64,000 nucleotides of DNA from Podarcis gaigeae (Eukaryota). The number at the start of each line of letters is the position of its first letter. The stretch's first letter is position 1. Positions 1 to 11,110 of the stretch are shown piece after piece. The notes below the pieces were generated by a model. That model saw only the letters and a program-made list of their open reading frames with translations, was not told the origin of the DNA and searched no databases. The stretch lies in assembly GCA_964106915.2 (NCBI GenBank), contig OZ066922.1. One strand, given 5' to 3'. Made by a program: the position numbers and the translations under genes.

Positions 1-205
1 GAATTAATTCAGATCTCCAGAGCCTGATGAGCTGCACACAAGGGTGTGAAAGGAGCTTGCTGGTATAATATCAGAGCCTCTGCCTATAATCTTCGGGAAT
101 TGTTGGAGAACAGGTGAGGCTCCTGCAGACTGGAGTCCAGCAAATGGGGGTCAGACTTGATGACCCTTGGGGTCCCTTCCAACTGTAAAAGTCTCTGATT
201 GTTTG
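1..205 (+). mobile_element. CR1 LINE remnant (ORF2 segment joined to the CR1 3' end)
   Basis: Degenerate SP.PDELH.RV.KELA.II.EPL.IIF...WRTGE.P.DW, followed by GATGACCCTTGGGGTCCCTTCCAACT, typical of the CR1 3' end. Confidence 0.7.
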
Positions 206-1023
206 TTTATATGGTGCCATCAGTATGAATGACACTTTACAGAGTACAGGTCCCTGTCCCAAGGGGCTTATCATTCAAAACTCGACAGAGGGGAGAAAAC
301 AGAGGAAGGAGAGGCACAGTTATACATGCTTAGGGTCAGCTATAGGGCCTGGGAGGTAGAGGAAAGGGGTTAGTTAGATGTTAGGAAATGGGCCTCACAG
401 CCGGTTAGTGAGCTCTGCAGGGCCATCCGACTGGCCACTCTTGGGGACCAGACCCTTGACCAGCCAAACAAGATGAGGCAGCCTGGCAAGGCCCATGTTC
501 CCACCAACCACGCAGGTCCGGAGTGTCTTGCTCTTGCAGTGGACAGGAAGGCCAGTTCTGTGGAAGGCCTAGTCAGGACTCAGGGAAGCACTGTCTAATT
601 TGCCTTCTAGTGGGTTATTTAACAGGCCCCAGTTCTGGAGTTAGCCCAAGAGAAGGTTAATAAAAAGCTGTCTGAACATATTCTGGATGTGCCTTTACAA
701 GCTGGTAGATGCAACCCTTTTATCTCACCATCAAAGGCAGAGCAAAAGCCAGCAGATTAAGGTAATAGTTCAACAGACTGCAGTTCTGTGGCCTCTGCTG
801 CCAAGCAGGCGTCCAGGCCATGGCCACAACTGCAGCAGGTCAGAAAACAAGCCGCAGCCAAGTTGTGCAAGCTCTTGCCCCCAGGAGGTCATCTCGGGAG
901 GCTGTTCCCCAGGGGCTGCCCAAGCCGCTTGTCATGGCTTATGGGACTTGCAACTGTACTTTCACTCTCTCTCTCTCTCCAAAGAGCTCAAGGTTGCATG
1001 CATGACTCTCCCCCATGGGACAC

Positions 1024-1147
1024 GATCCTCACAACAACCCTGAGAGATGGGCCAAGTCTAAGAGACCGTACCTGCCCCAAGGCTCATAGCTGAGTGGGCA
1101 TTTGCACCCTGTCTCCCAGCTCCTGGTCCCACACTCTGCCCCACACT
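1024..1147 (-). mobile_element. CORE/MIR-like SINE fragment
   Basis: CCTCACAACAACCCTG...CCCAAGG...GCTGAGTGGG.ATTTG.ACCC pattern typical of reptile tRNA/CORE SINEs in reverse orientation. Confidence 0.55.
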
Positions 1148-2167
1148 GACTGTTTCTGATGTAACGCGCCCCGGGTGCAAAGCAGAAGGGCTGCTGCCAA
1201 ATTCCAGCATTTCTGCTTCTTTGTTAATCAGCAAGTAGATGGAGGCTCCAGCTGCAAGAAGAGTCGTCAGCCAGGAGAGAGGTGCATTGTTCACAGGAAA
1301 AGGGGGCTTCTCACGTGATGCCAGTCGCCCCCATTTTGGCCTCAGACGGGGGAAACTTCCCTCCAACCTGCCTTCCCCACGTGCGCAGAAGTCCCCCATC
1401 ATCCTACCTGTTACACGAAGGAAAAGCCTCTCGGCCCAAAGCAGACCTGGAATGGAGACAAGAGAGGAGAGACCGAGTCAGAGGCAGGCAGGCAAAGGCC
1501 ACCAAGACCAGTCCCAGCCCAGGCAAAGGGGGCTCCTGTGCCCCCACCAGACATTCAGGAGATGGTGCCTGGCATGGGGGGGGGGGGCTGACTAGACCAG
1601 GCCAGTGGCTTCCCCAGGGGAGGGGAGGACTTTCTCACCCCCCAGGTGCAGGGGGGCTGATGTGGCCTTCACTGCCTGAGGGCTGGGGGCCAGGCCACTG
1701 TGGCTACTGGGGGGGGCAGACATGGGGGGGATGGCAAAGCGGCTTCTCCCTGCTCTGCCCCCAAGACAAGGCCCAGCCAGCCTCCGCCCCTCCACCCCCA
1801 GCCCAGATTCCCCCATGGGGGGTCCCCAGATGAGGCAGGAGACCTTGGCGGGGAGTTGCGGCTCCAGCTGCCAAATGGCCCCCCTGCTGCCCCCCTTCAG
1901 GGCAGGGCCAATTGGGGGTGCCCCCTCCCCGAAGGGGCGGCTCTGGGCCTGCCGGTCCTGAGGGAGCAGTGGCAGGAGGGCAGGCAAGGCCCCAGCCTGG
2001 TCTGGGCCTCCACCTGGGCCTCCCCCCCCCCCCCAGTCAGGCTCCTGGGCCTGCAGCTGCCATCTAGTCTGTCCCTTTGAAAGCATTTCCGGTGCTTCTT
2101 ATCTTAGGTCTTGTCTGTTTTATGCCTGCGGTTTCTTGAAACCTTGAACAAATGAAAAGAATAAGAA

Positions 2168-3228
2168 TACCATATTTACACGAAACTAAATGCACACCCT
2201 AATTTTTGCGACATACCGTATTTTTCCGTGGATAACACCCCCTTGTAGAAGACGCCCCTTATTTTGGGGGACTCAAATTAAAGGAAATGGGGGGAGATGG
2301 CCCATAGTTGTTGAACTTTTTTTGGGGGGGTTGCCAATATTTCTTGAGCTTCTTGGGGGGGGGGGCGCATAAAATCGCTAACCAGAATAGAAAACGCTCA
2401 GATTTGCTCGTGACGTGGAACACAGGAGCGTCTTCCCACTCGCCAACAGCAGCCGGATATCGAACGCCCGATTGTGGCAGCAACAGCCAACCCACAGCAG
2501 CACTTGCCGCAGCAGCCAACAATCACCCACCAAATCACTAATAATAATAATAAATTTATACCCTGCCTATCTGGCTGGGTTTCCAACAAAATATTAAAAT
2601 ACAATAGTCCTTCAGATATTAAAAACTTCCCTAAACAGGGCTGCCTTCAGATGCTTCCTGAAAGTCTGGCAGTTGTTTTTTCCCTTGACGTCTGGTGGGA
2701 GGGTGTTCCACAGGGCGGGCGCCACCACCAAGAAGGCCCTCAATGACAAGCTGAAGCTCGCAGCTGCAACCAATCACCCGGCCCCACAATGCACTGCCTG
2801 TGTGTAAGACGAGTCTCATTTTTTTTAATAAATAATTTTTATTATTTTCCAACACAAATATACAATTCTGTCAAATTCTCACAAATTTTATTCTTTTTAG
2901 ACTTCCTTCGGCTTCTCTGACAATCATCCATAATTACTTCTCAGTTTATGCATTCCTCTGTTTATATTGCCATTAAACTTCCCTTCCACTCCTATTTCTT
3001 TTTAACAATATATCTCTGCTTTCACAGTGCTTCTTGAAATCCCACCAGTGTTATTTGCACATCACATGTTCTTTTCAGATATTCAACAAATTTCCCCCAG
3101 TCCTCGATGAACTTTGATGAGTCCCATTTTTTAACCTTATCTTTGAGTAAAAAAACCTCATCTTATACAAGGAGAAGTATGGTAATTTGGACAAAAAAGG
3201 TGCGCATGACATTTGAGTAAATACGGTA
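2168..3228. mobile_element. Tc1/mariner (Tc2/pogo-type) non-autonomous element with a second one nested at 2214-3184, which itself contains L2 (~2540-2745) and L1 3' (~2820-3090) fragments
   Basis: Outer ends TACCATATTTACACGAA / TTTGAGTAAATACGGTA; inner ends TACCGTATTTTTCCGTGGATAA / TTATACAAGGAGAAGTATGGTA. All are flanked by TA. Confidence 0.65.
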
Positions 3229-3884
3229 ATAACCACCCTGGGGGCAGAGGAAGGGTCAGCTGGGGGGACACCCCCTAGGAGGGGGGGGGGGTCCTCTGCC
3301 TGAGAGACCCCATATCCCTTTTGTGCCTGGGGTGACTCTGGGCAGGAGGCAGGGGGACCCCAACTCTGGGGGAGCCCCACTTACACCACCTTAAGCTGAA
3401 CCCCAAGCAAGAGGGCCTCAGGCGGCAGTATCCGCCCTCCCTTCCCCCACAGGTGGGCAGGGTTTGCAGCACCGAGCGAGGCTCACCTGGGCGGGTGCCA
3501 CCCATAGGCGCCGACTCCATGGGGCCTGAGGGGGCCCGAGCCCCCTCAAAAATTCGTTTGGGGGCCTCTGCCCCCCCAATAATTTAAGAAAATTATTACC
3601 GTAAAATAAGATTGGGCGGTCGGGCGGAGGGAAGGCAGAAGCTGCTGCTTTCCTGCATTCTGCCTCAGGGTCTTACTGCCCACCCGCTTCTGTTGCTGCG
3701 TTTGCTCAAACTCAACAAAGAGCAGGGAATCCCCTGCCCTCCTGGCAAGCAGAGGGTCAAGGAAAGGATCGAGTCCTTCCTTCTAATTCTTTCCTAGTCA
3801 CACTGCTTGCAGGCTCCAGCCCACCACCTCCTGCAGGCTCCAGCCCACCACCTCCTCCTCTCCGTGCTCTAGGGACTCGCAGGT

Positions 3885-3885
<1 letters not shown>

Positions 3886-3932
<47 letters not shown>
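3886..3932. repeat. (GA)n microsatellite
   Basis: Read directly. Confidence 0.95.
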
Positions 3933-3935
<3 letters not shown>

Positions 3936-4075
3936 CTGGCTTGGGGGGGGACTTTTGCCTTCCTTTCCTCCCCCCACCCCATTAAACTCCTCCCCTGCAT
4001 TCTTAGCCAGCTGCTTCTCTGCAAACCCCTCTTGTGCTTCTTGTCCCTTCTGTGTTTTTCCTTCCCTCCCCATTT

Positions 4076-4615
4076 AAAACGTGGTGACAAAGCATGGGTC
4101 CACATGGATCCTCAGGATTTTTGCATTGGGTCACCCCAAATTCACCATCAGATCACATAGCATGTTCATGGCTACATCTTGCACCAAAAAAATCACGCAC
4201 CCACTGTTGCCTAGGGTCACAGTGGTGCAAAAACGTGGTTATAAAGCACGGATCCACATGGATCCTCAGGATCTTTGCATTGGGTCACCCCAAATTCACC
4301 ATCAGATCACATAGCATGTCCATGGCTACATCTTGCACCAAAAAAATCACGCACCCACTGTTGCCTAGGGTCACAGTGGTGCAAAAATGTGGTTACAAAG
4401 CACGGATCCACATGGATCCTCAGGATCTTTGCATTGGGTCACCCCAAATTCACCATCAGATCACATAGCATGTCCATGGCTACATCTTGCACCAAAAAAA
4501 TCACGCACCCACTGTTGCCTAGGGTCACAGTGGTGCAAAAACGTGGTTACAAAGCACGGATCCACATGGATCCTCAGGATTTTTGCATTGGGCTACTCCA
4601 AACTCACTGTCAGAT
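4076..4615. repeat. 154-bp tandem repeat, about 3.5 near-identical copies, inside the hAT element
   Basis: CACATGGATC recurs at 4101, 4255, 4409 and 4563. Confidence 0.95.
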
Positions 4616-6083
4616 ATTAAAAATCTTTATAAAATAGAGAATTAAATACATACAGAATGTTAAATTTTCAGTTTTGAAATATTAGTACTAGTTTAGTACT
4701 GTATTTCTATATTACTATAGTACTGTATTAGTTATTTTCAAATACTTAAATATTTTTAGGGTGTAAGACCCAATTAAAGCCCGTTATTTACATACAGTAT
4801 TACAGTATTTACATACAGTATTAGGCATACTGTATTAACTTTATTAACTGTATTAAAGCATTAACTTTAAGATATTATATTTATTTAATGAACCCTCAGC
4901 CTTATTCAAAGTAAGCTTAAATTAGCTATTTCACTTATTAATCAAAGTGCTGTTACTGTGCGACAGCAATATTTTGTTTTATTCTTTTAATGATAGTTTA
5001 GGATTTATTTAAATATCATTTCAGTCTTTTCAGAGCTATATATTCACTGCTCTGTAATAGTCTATAAGCATAATTGTTACTGTAAATTAAATTAGCTTTT
5101 TACGAAAATACCGTGCGTGTTTTTGTTTTGTTTCTTTTTTCAAAGCCAAAAAGTGTTTCAGGCTTGTCGAGTTTCCCGGAGTGTGGAGTTATAGAGAGTC
5201 GAGTTTTCGGGGTTCTAATGTTGATCATATGACTCTAAAATACTTTTAAAAAACTTTAAAACTCACTAATTTTCATCTAAAATTTAGAAAACTTCCCGGG
5301 GCAGGACCCCGGTATGGGCCCCCCCAATATTTTTTATAAGTCGGTGCCCCTGGTGCCACCCACCTGCTTGAGCTGGCCTTTGACCCGCCCTCGGCCAGAG
5401 GGGACAATGGATGGCCAAAAGAAAGGAGGCTGACTCCTGGGCTCAAGCCTCTTTTGCTGTTCTTCCTTCCAGGACCCCAAGCAAGAGGGCCTCAGGCAGA
5501 AGAACGGCTGTTCTCCCATAAGTGCCCCCCCTGGAAAAAAAACCCCACCCTGGACACCAAAAGGCACCCAGTCATGGAGAGCGCTGCTGCTTTCAAAAGG
5601 ATTTTTAATAGATTTCTTACACGCAATTAAACCCCTCCCCCGCCCCCAATGATTTTGAAAAGTTGTCAGACTTAATGCCAAAGCAGGGAACCTGGATCTA
5701 GTGCCAACTGGCACTTGATTCTTCTCTGGGTTCCTGGGTACCGCCCCCACATTGGGCCCCAGATTATGAAGAGTTTGTGGGTACCAGACTCCCCTAAATT
5801 CCTGGGTCTAGTAGGTGTTAGAATGTAATCAATGTTGGAGTGTTGAAACTGGATACTAGACCCATGTGTATTAAGCTGAGTGCTAGACATTTCTTTTTAA
5901 AAAGAATATTTTATTGGTTTTCCTAACAACACCACCACCACCACAATAAAACAAAACAAATTGATTTCCCTCTAGTCCCTTCCCTGGTTCCATTATTTGT
6001 CCATATACTGCATGTCCATTATTAAATTTATAATTTATTTAAATCACTGTTGTTCATTCATTCTGAAATTACAAGTACTTTTA

Positions 6084-6949
6084 TTTATTTTTCCCCAGTA
6101 CATTTTTATTCAAATTATGCAAAAAAACAACAACATAACAGTATAAATAAATATAAGATATAGAAATAAACATAAACATACCGGTAGCTATATCAGTATA
6201 CATATAAATATAAGTATAATTCATTTACATAATTTATTATTTCCCTTCCCCAAAATATACAAAAAAAATATAGAAGAAAATCATAATGTTTTAGGCTCTA
6301 CCGAGCCTTGGACTCCCCTCCACCCTTTTGGTAAGTATCGAATAAATTCCGGAGTCACATATTTGATTTTTAATTTTAGAACCAATCACTGTTAGAATTA
6401 TTCCAACCCCGCCAGTTCCCTTTAAAAATTTGTTCCAATATATTTCCAATATTTACTCCAATTTTTCTGAAATTTCTGTTCATCTTGGTCTCGTATTCTA
6501 CCTGTTAGTCTATCAAGCTCGGCGTAGTTTACCATTTTAACCTGCCAATCACTTATGCTGGGTATAGTTTCCGTTTTCCAGTTTTGTGCCAACATAGTTC
6601 TTGTGGCTGTGGTGGCTTAAGAAATATTGTCTTATCTTCTTTTTTAATTTCTTTGCCCATCATTCCTAGCAAAAAAGCTTCAGGTCTTTTGGGAAAGGTA
6701 TATTTAAGTATTTTTTAAAGCTAATTGTAGATTAATTCCCAAAAGCCTTTCACTTTGTTGCATAGCCACCACATATGGTAAAAATCGCCTTCCGCTTCAC
6801 CACATTTCCAATATCTCTTATTCTTTAACCTGTACATTTTGGCCAATTTCACCGGCGTATGATACCACCTGTATGTCATTTTCCAGATATTTTCTCTCAA
6901 TGCCATACACGCCGTAAACTTTATATTACTATTCCACAGTTCTAACCAC
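6084..6949 (-). mobile_element. Second L1 nested in the first
   Basis: 21-bp TSD CTGAAATTACAAGTACTTTTA at 6063-6083 and 6950-6970; ORF LRENIWKMTYRWYHTPVKLAK...WKC...HMWWLC. Confidence 0.85.
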
Positions 6950-7164
6950 CTGAAATTACAAGTACTTTTAAAACCCTGCTAATGTATTAACCTGTGTACA
7001 ATGCTTCTGTATATATGCAATAAACATCTTCCATTCTTCCTTAAATTCATTGTCGTCTCTGTTTCTTAGTTTCACTGTCAGTTTTGCCATTTAACTTGCC
7101 AATCTTCTTTAGTTAGGGCACCATCTTCTTTCCAAAGTTGTGCTAGTAATGTCCATGTGGCGGT

Positions 7165-7402
7165 TGTTGTTGTTTAGTCATTTAGTTGTGTCCGCCTCTT
7201 CGTGACCCCCTGGACCAGAGCACGCCAGACCCTCCTGTCTTCCACTGCCTCCCGCAGTTTGGTCAAACTCATGCTGGTAGCTTCGACAACACTGTCCAAC
7301 CATCTCGTCCTCTGTCGTCCCCTTCTCCTTGTGCCCTCCATCTTTCCCAACATCAGGGTCTTTTCCAGGGAGTCTTCTCTTCTCATGAGGTGGCCAAAGT
7401 AT
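7165..7402 (-). mobile_element. BovB (RTE) LINE 3' end
   Basis: [36 protein letters not shown] and a (CAA)n tail; approximate TSD TGGCGGT(T/A)GTTG. Confidence 0.9.
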
Positions 7403-8800
7403 TGGCGGTAGTTGCATACATAAATAAATAATGTTGCGCGTTTGGTAAGTCCACTTCTGTAATACCTAGTAGGAAAGCTTCTGGATTTTTTTTTAAACAA
7501 AGTTTATTTTAAACATCTTCAGTTCATTATAAATCATTTCCCAATTTTTTTTTTATAATTTTACAATCCCACCACATGTGGAAAAAAGTCCCTTCTGTTA
7601 TTTTACATTTCCAACACTTGCTTTCCTTAGTTTTATACATTTTTGCTGGTTAAGTACCATCTATACATCAATTTCATGTAATTTTCTTTAATCGCCACAC
7701 GTGCTGTAAATTTAAACTAATTCTTCCATAATTTTTCCCATTCCTCCATCTGAATATTATGTCCCACATCTTGTGCCCAATTAATCATAACTGATTTAAC
7801 CTCTTCATCTTTTGTTTCCCATTCTAGCAACAGATTGTACATTTTTGATATTAACTTTATATCATTTTCTATTATTTATCTCTGAAAAATTGAAATCCTA
7901 TCTTTTTATGATTCTTAAATATTTCATTTAACTGTAAATATTGTAACCAATCTGTTACATTCTCTTTAACTTTGTTAAATTCTTTCAATTTTAATTGACT
8001 TTCTGATTCTATTAACAACTCTCTGTACGTAGCCCATATTTATCCCCTCCCCCCCCCCCCCGATATTGCCTCTAGTGGAGAAAGCCACCATGGTGTTTTT
8101 TGTTCTAGTATTCCTTTATACTTCTCCCAAACTTTAAATATTGCTTTTTTTATAATATGATTTTGAAAACTTTGATGTACTCTTGCCTTTTTGTACCATA
8201 AGTATGGATGCTAGCCAAATCTATTGTCATGACCTTCCAAATCTAATTGATCTGTATTTTTTAATTTTATCCCTTCCCGGATCCAACAAATACCGTACAT
8301 TTGTATTTGTTGGGTGCTAGACATTTCTAATCCCCTGGAATCAGCAAATTTTAAGACCTAATTAAGCTAGGCTAAGCTTCCCATGTCCAGGAAATAGCCC
8401 GGTTGAAGGGCCATTAAGACTCAAAGGATCAAAAGGACTTGGTGTGAGACGTGGTGCCTTTCCCTAAACAGATAAAGCCAGAGCTTAGAGAGGTTAGAAT
8501 CAGGAGTTGTGTGACTGAGATGCAAAGCAGCAGAGAACAATATCTGGTGTCTGTCTGGATCCAAGGCTGTGCCCATGGGAGAAGCAGAACCCCCTCGGAG
8601 TGCCGATGCAATGAACCCCTCCATCATTGGGGCTTCCAAAAGGAACCACTGGGATCTGGCACTCTTGAGATTGGGGTGGTATACAGCAATAGGTGTGATA
8701 AGTTGCCTGCCCTTCACCCTAAGGTCCCAGGGCGGTTTACGACAATTAAAACGCCATGTTAAAAGCAGTTTAAAAGCACCACAGATATAAGGTGGGTTCT

Positions 8801-9245
8801 TTTTTTTTTTTTTAAAAAGTAATATTTATTAAGGTTTTAAGGATTACAAAAAGCAAAAGTAAAAACACCATATTAAACAAAAATCTTCCTCCACCGACTC
8901 TTCTCCCTGGTCTCGGATTCTGCCAGTCATTTCCGCCAGTTCCATGTAGTCCATCACCTTCATCTGCCATTCTTCCCGGGTAGATCTTGTGTCTTCTAGT
9001 GCTTTGCAATAAGTATTCTTGCTGCTGTTGTAGCATACATAAAGAAAGTTCTATCCTTCTTTAGCACCAATTGGCCGACCATGCCCAGGAGAAAGGCCTC
9101 TGGTTTCTTCAGAAAGGTATATTTAAATACCTTTTTCATTTCATTATAGATCATCTCCCAGAAAGTCTTAATCCTTGGGCATGTCCACCAAAGGTGAAAG
9201 AATGTACCTTCAGTCTCTTTACATTTCCAACATTTATTATCGGGC
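8801..9245 (-). mobile_element. Short, internally deleted L1 fragment with a ~30-bp flanking duplication
   Basis: TAAAA(G/C)CACCACAGATATAAGGTGGGTTCT at 8771-8800 and 9246-9275; poly(T) at the left end; closely similar to the L1 at 56780-57140. Confidence 0.85.
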
Positions 9246-9979
9246 TAAAACCACCACAGATATAAGGTGGGTTCTACACCTGTCCACCCCAGGTGTCAAA
9301 CATCCTGCCTGTCTCATCCTGGCTCTGTCCTCTCTATGAACCCACAGGCTGACCCACTCGGCTTCTGCCTGGAAATGCCCCCCAAGTGACGCTGCTCTTG
9401 CCAAGGCAGAGCAGCTGCACTGAGCGGACACCTGTAAAGGAAGCACCTGGGTGATTGGGCTTGCTGGGGTTGCCACAGGATCCTGTGGGGCAGCCAACCA
9501 GAGGGAGCCGCTCCAAGGGGAACCAGGGCCTGAAAGCGAAGCAGGGGCAGAAGTGGGTCAGCCCCCTGCTCAGCCGAATTCCCCCTTCTGCTGTCCTTGC
9601 CTCAGGCCAACTTCCTTCAGGTAGAATGAGCTGGGTTTGGCAGTGAGCAGCTTATTCCTGCCATTCAAGGAGCTCTCAAATGAAGCCCCCCCCCCCCCTT
9701 TCACAATCTGCCGCTCCAGCCCTCCAAGGAAGCAGCAGCTGCAGCCTCTAATCCGGAGGCCTTTCACCAACCTGACCTACATTCTCCGTCCGGAGAACAT
9801 GGGAGCCGCTTCAGACCCCCCCCCCCCCCGCCAGCTGGAGATGCGCCACCATCACTCTCGCCTACTTCGGATCCAGACGCCGGTCCAGAAGCATCTTGCA
9901 ACCAGGAGCAAGAGCAGCCTCTGGGCTGAGCAGCCTCGCCTTGGCACGGGCAGGATCTGGCCCTGCCCACCCCCCACCC

Positions 9980-11110
9980 CCCGACTCAGGGCTGACCTGG
10001 CGGGCCCATCTCCCCCTGTCCTGCTGGGGTTCCTTCCTTAAGGCGTTGCTGCTCCTCTGCCCCACGGAGGGGGGGGGCGTTGCCACCTCGGGGCCAAGGT
10101 GCCTGCGGAACCTCCTGCCGCAGGAGGGAAGCTCTGGGCCGGGAGCCTCCTCCGCCCGCCGTGGCCTGGGGCGCCGCGCTTCTGCCTGGGCGGAGCCAGC
10201 CCCGCCAAGCCCCGCCCCGGCCGCACCTGATCCGCGGCGGGCGGGCGGGCGGGGCTGGGAGTGCGGACCGGGTGACGTCAGCGCCCACCTGGGGGTGGGC
10301 GGGGCCACGCGGCAGCCAGCGAGCAGCGAGGAAGGAGAAGGACGACGACACGCCGCCGCCGCCGCCGCCGCCGCCAGAACCGGGAGCGAGCGAGAGAGCG
10401 CGCGCGCGCCCCGACGGCTGGGTGGGCCTGGCTGTGGCCGGGATGGGGCTGGCGCGGCGCCCTCCGCCCGCGCCCCTCCGCCGCCTGCTCCTCGCGTGCC
10501 ACCTCCTGCTGCTCCTGCCGCCGCCGCCGGGGTCCTCGGGGGCGCCGCCCGCCGCGCGGCCCCGCATCGCGCGCCTCTTCCCGGGTAAGACCCCCGGGAT
10601 TGCCGCCCGCCCGGCACGCCCAGGCGCGGCGCGCGCTCCCGCGGGAAGCGGCGTCTCGGGGCGCCCCGCCCGCCTGGCACGGCGATGCCCGAGCGCCTTT
10701 GCCGCAGCCGCAGCGGCCGGGAGGGGTGGGGAGGGGAGGGGGGATGCCCGCGCCTGGGCCATTGTCTCGGTCCCCTGCTGCGCGGACCCGGCTGGGCGAG
10801 GCTCGGAGGGGGGCTGCCCGGTCCCCCGGCAACGGCACTTGCTGCAGCGGGTCCCGGGGCAGGTGGCGCCCGCTCGGAAGCCAGCATGGCCAGCCCCGGA
10901 GCAAGACTCCCCCAGGGGCAAGGGTCCCTCGCGGGCCGGAGCGCTGGGTGCTTGGGGTGCTGTTGGCCTCGTCGCGCTGGAAGCGCCTCCCTGGGCCAAG
11001 CCCCGACCCCTCGGCCTCTCAGACCCCCGAATAGAAGGAGTGGGACGGGGCGGGTTGAGCGTCCAGGCTTTGCTGGAACAGCAATGCGCAACAAGCAGCG
11101 GGAGTGAGGC
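9980..11110. promoter_or_regulatory. CpG island / SEMA4F promoter, with a full CRE palindrome TGACGTCA (10273-10280), GC boxes and a (GCC)n run in the 5' UTR (10351-10375)
   Basis: Very high GC and CpG density around exon 1; motifs read directly from the sequence. Edges approximate. Confidence 0.85.

Larger units (their letters stand above)
3503..5352. mobile_element. Non-autonomous hAT DNA transposon with an 8-bp TSD
   Basis: Ends CATAGGCGCCGACT / AGTCGGTGCCCCTG (imperfect TIR); exact TSD GTGCCACC at 3495-3502 and 5353-5360; no transposase ORF. Confidence 0.85.
5895..8313 (-). mobile_element. 5'-truncated L1 LINE (ORF2 C-terminus and 3' UTR) hosting two nested insertions
   Basis: 15-bp TSD GTGCTAGACATTTCT at 5880-5894 and 8314-8328; T-rich tail at the left end; degenerate ORF2 text including the CWKC region. 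Confidence 0.8.

Noticed and set aside
4076-4615. CRISPR-like array or repeat-protein gene
   Set aside because: Eukaryotic DNA, no unique spacers, and the 154-bp period is not a multiple of 3.
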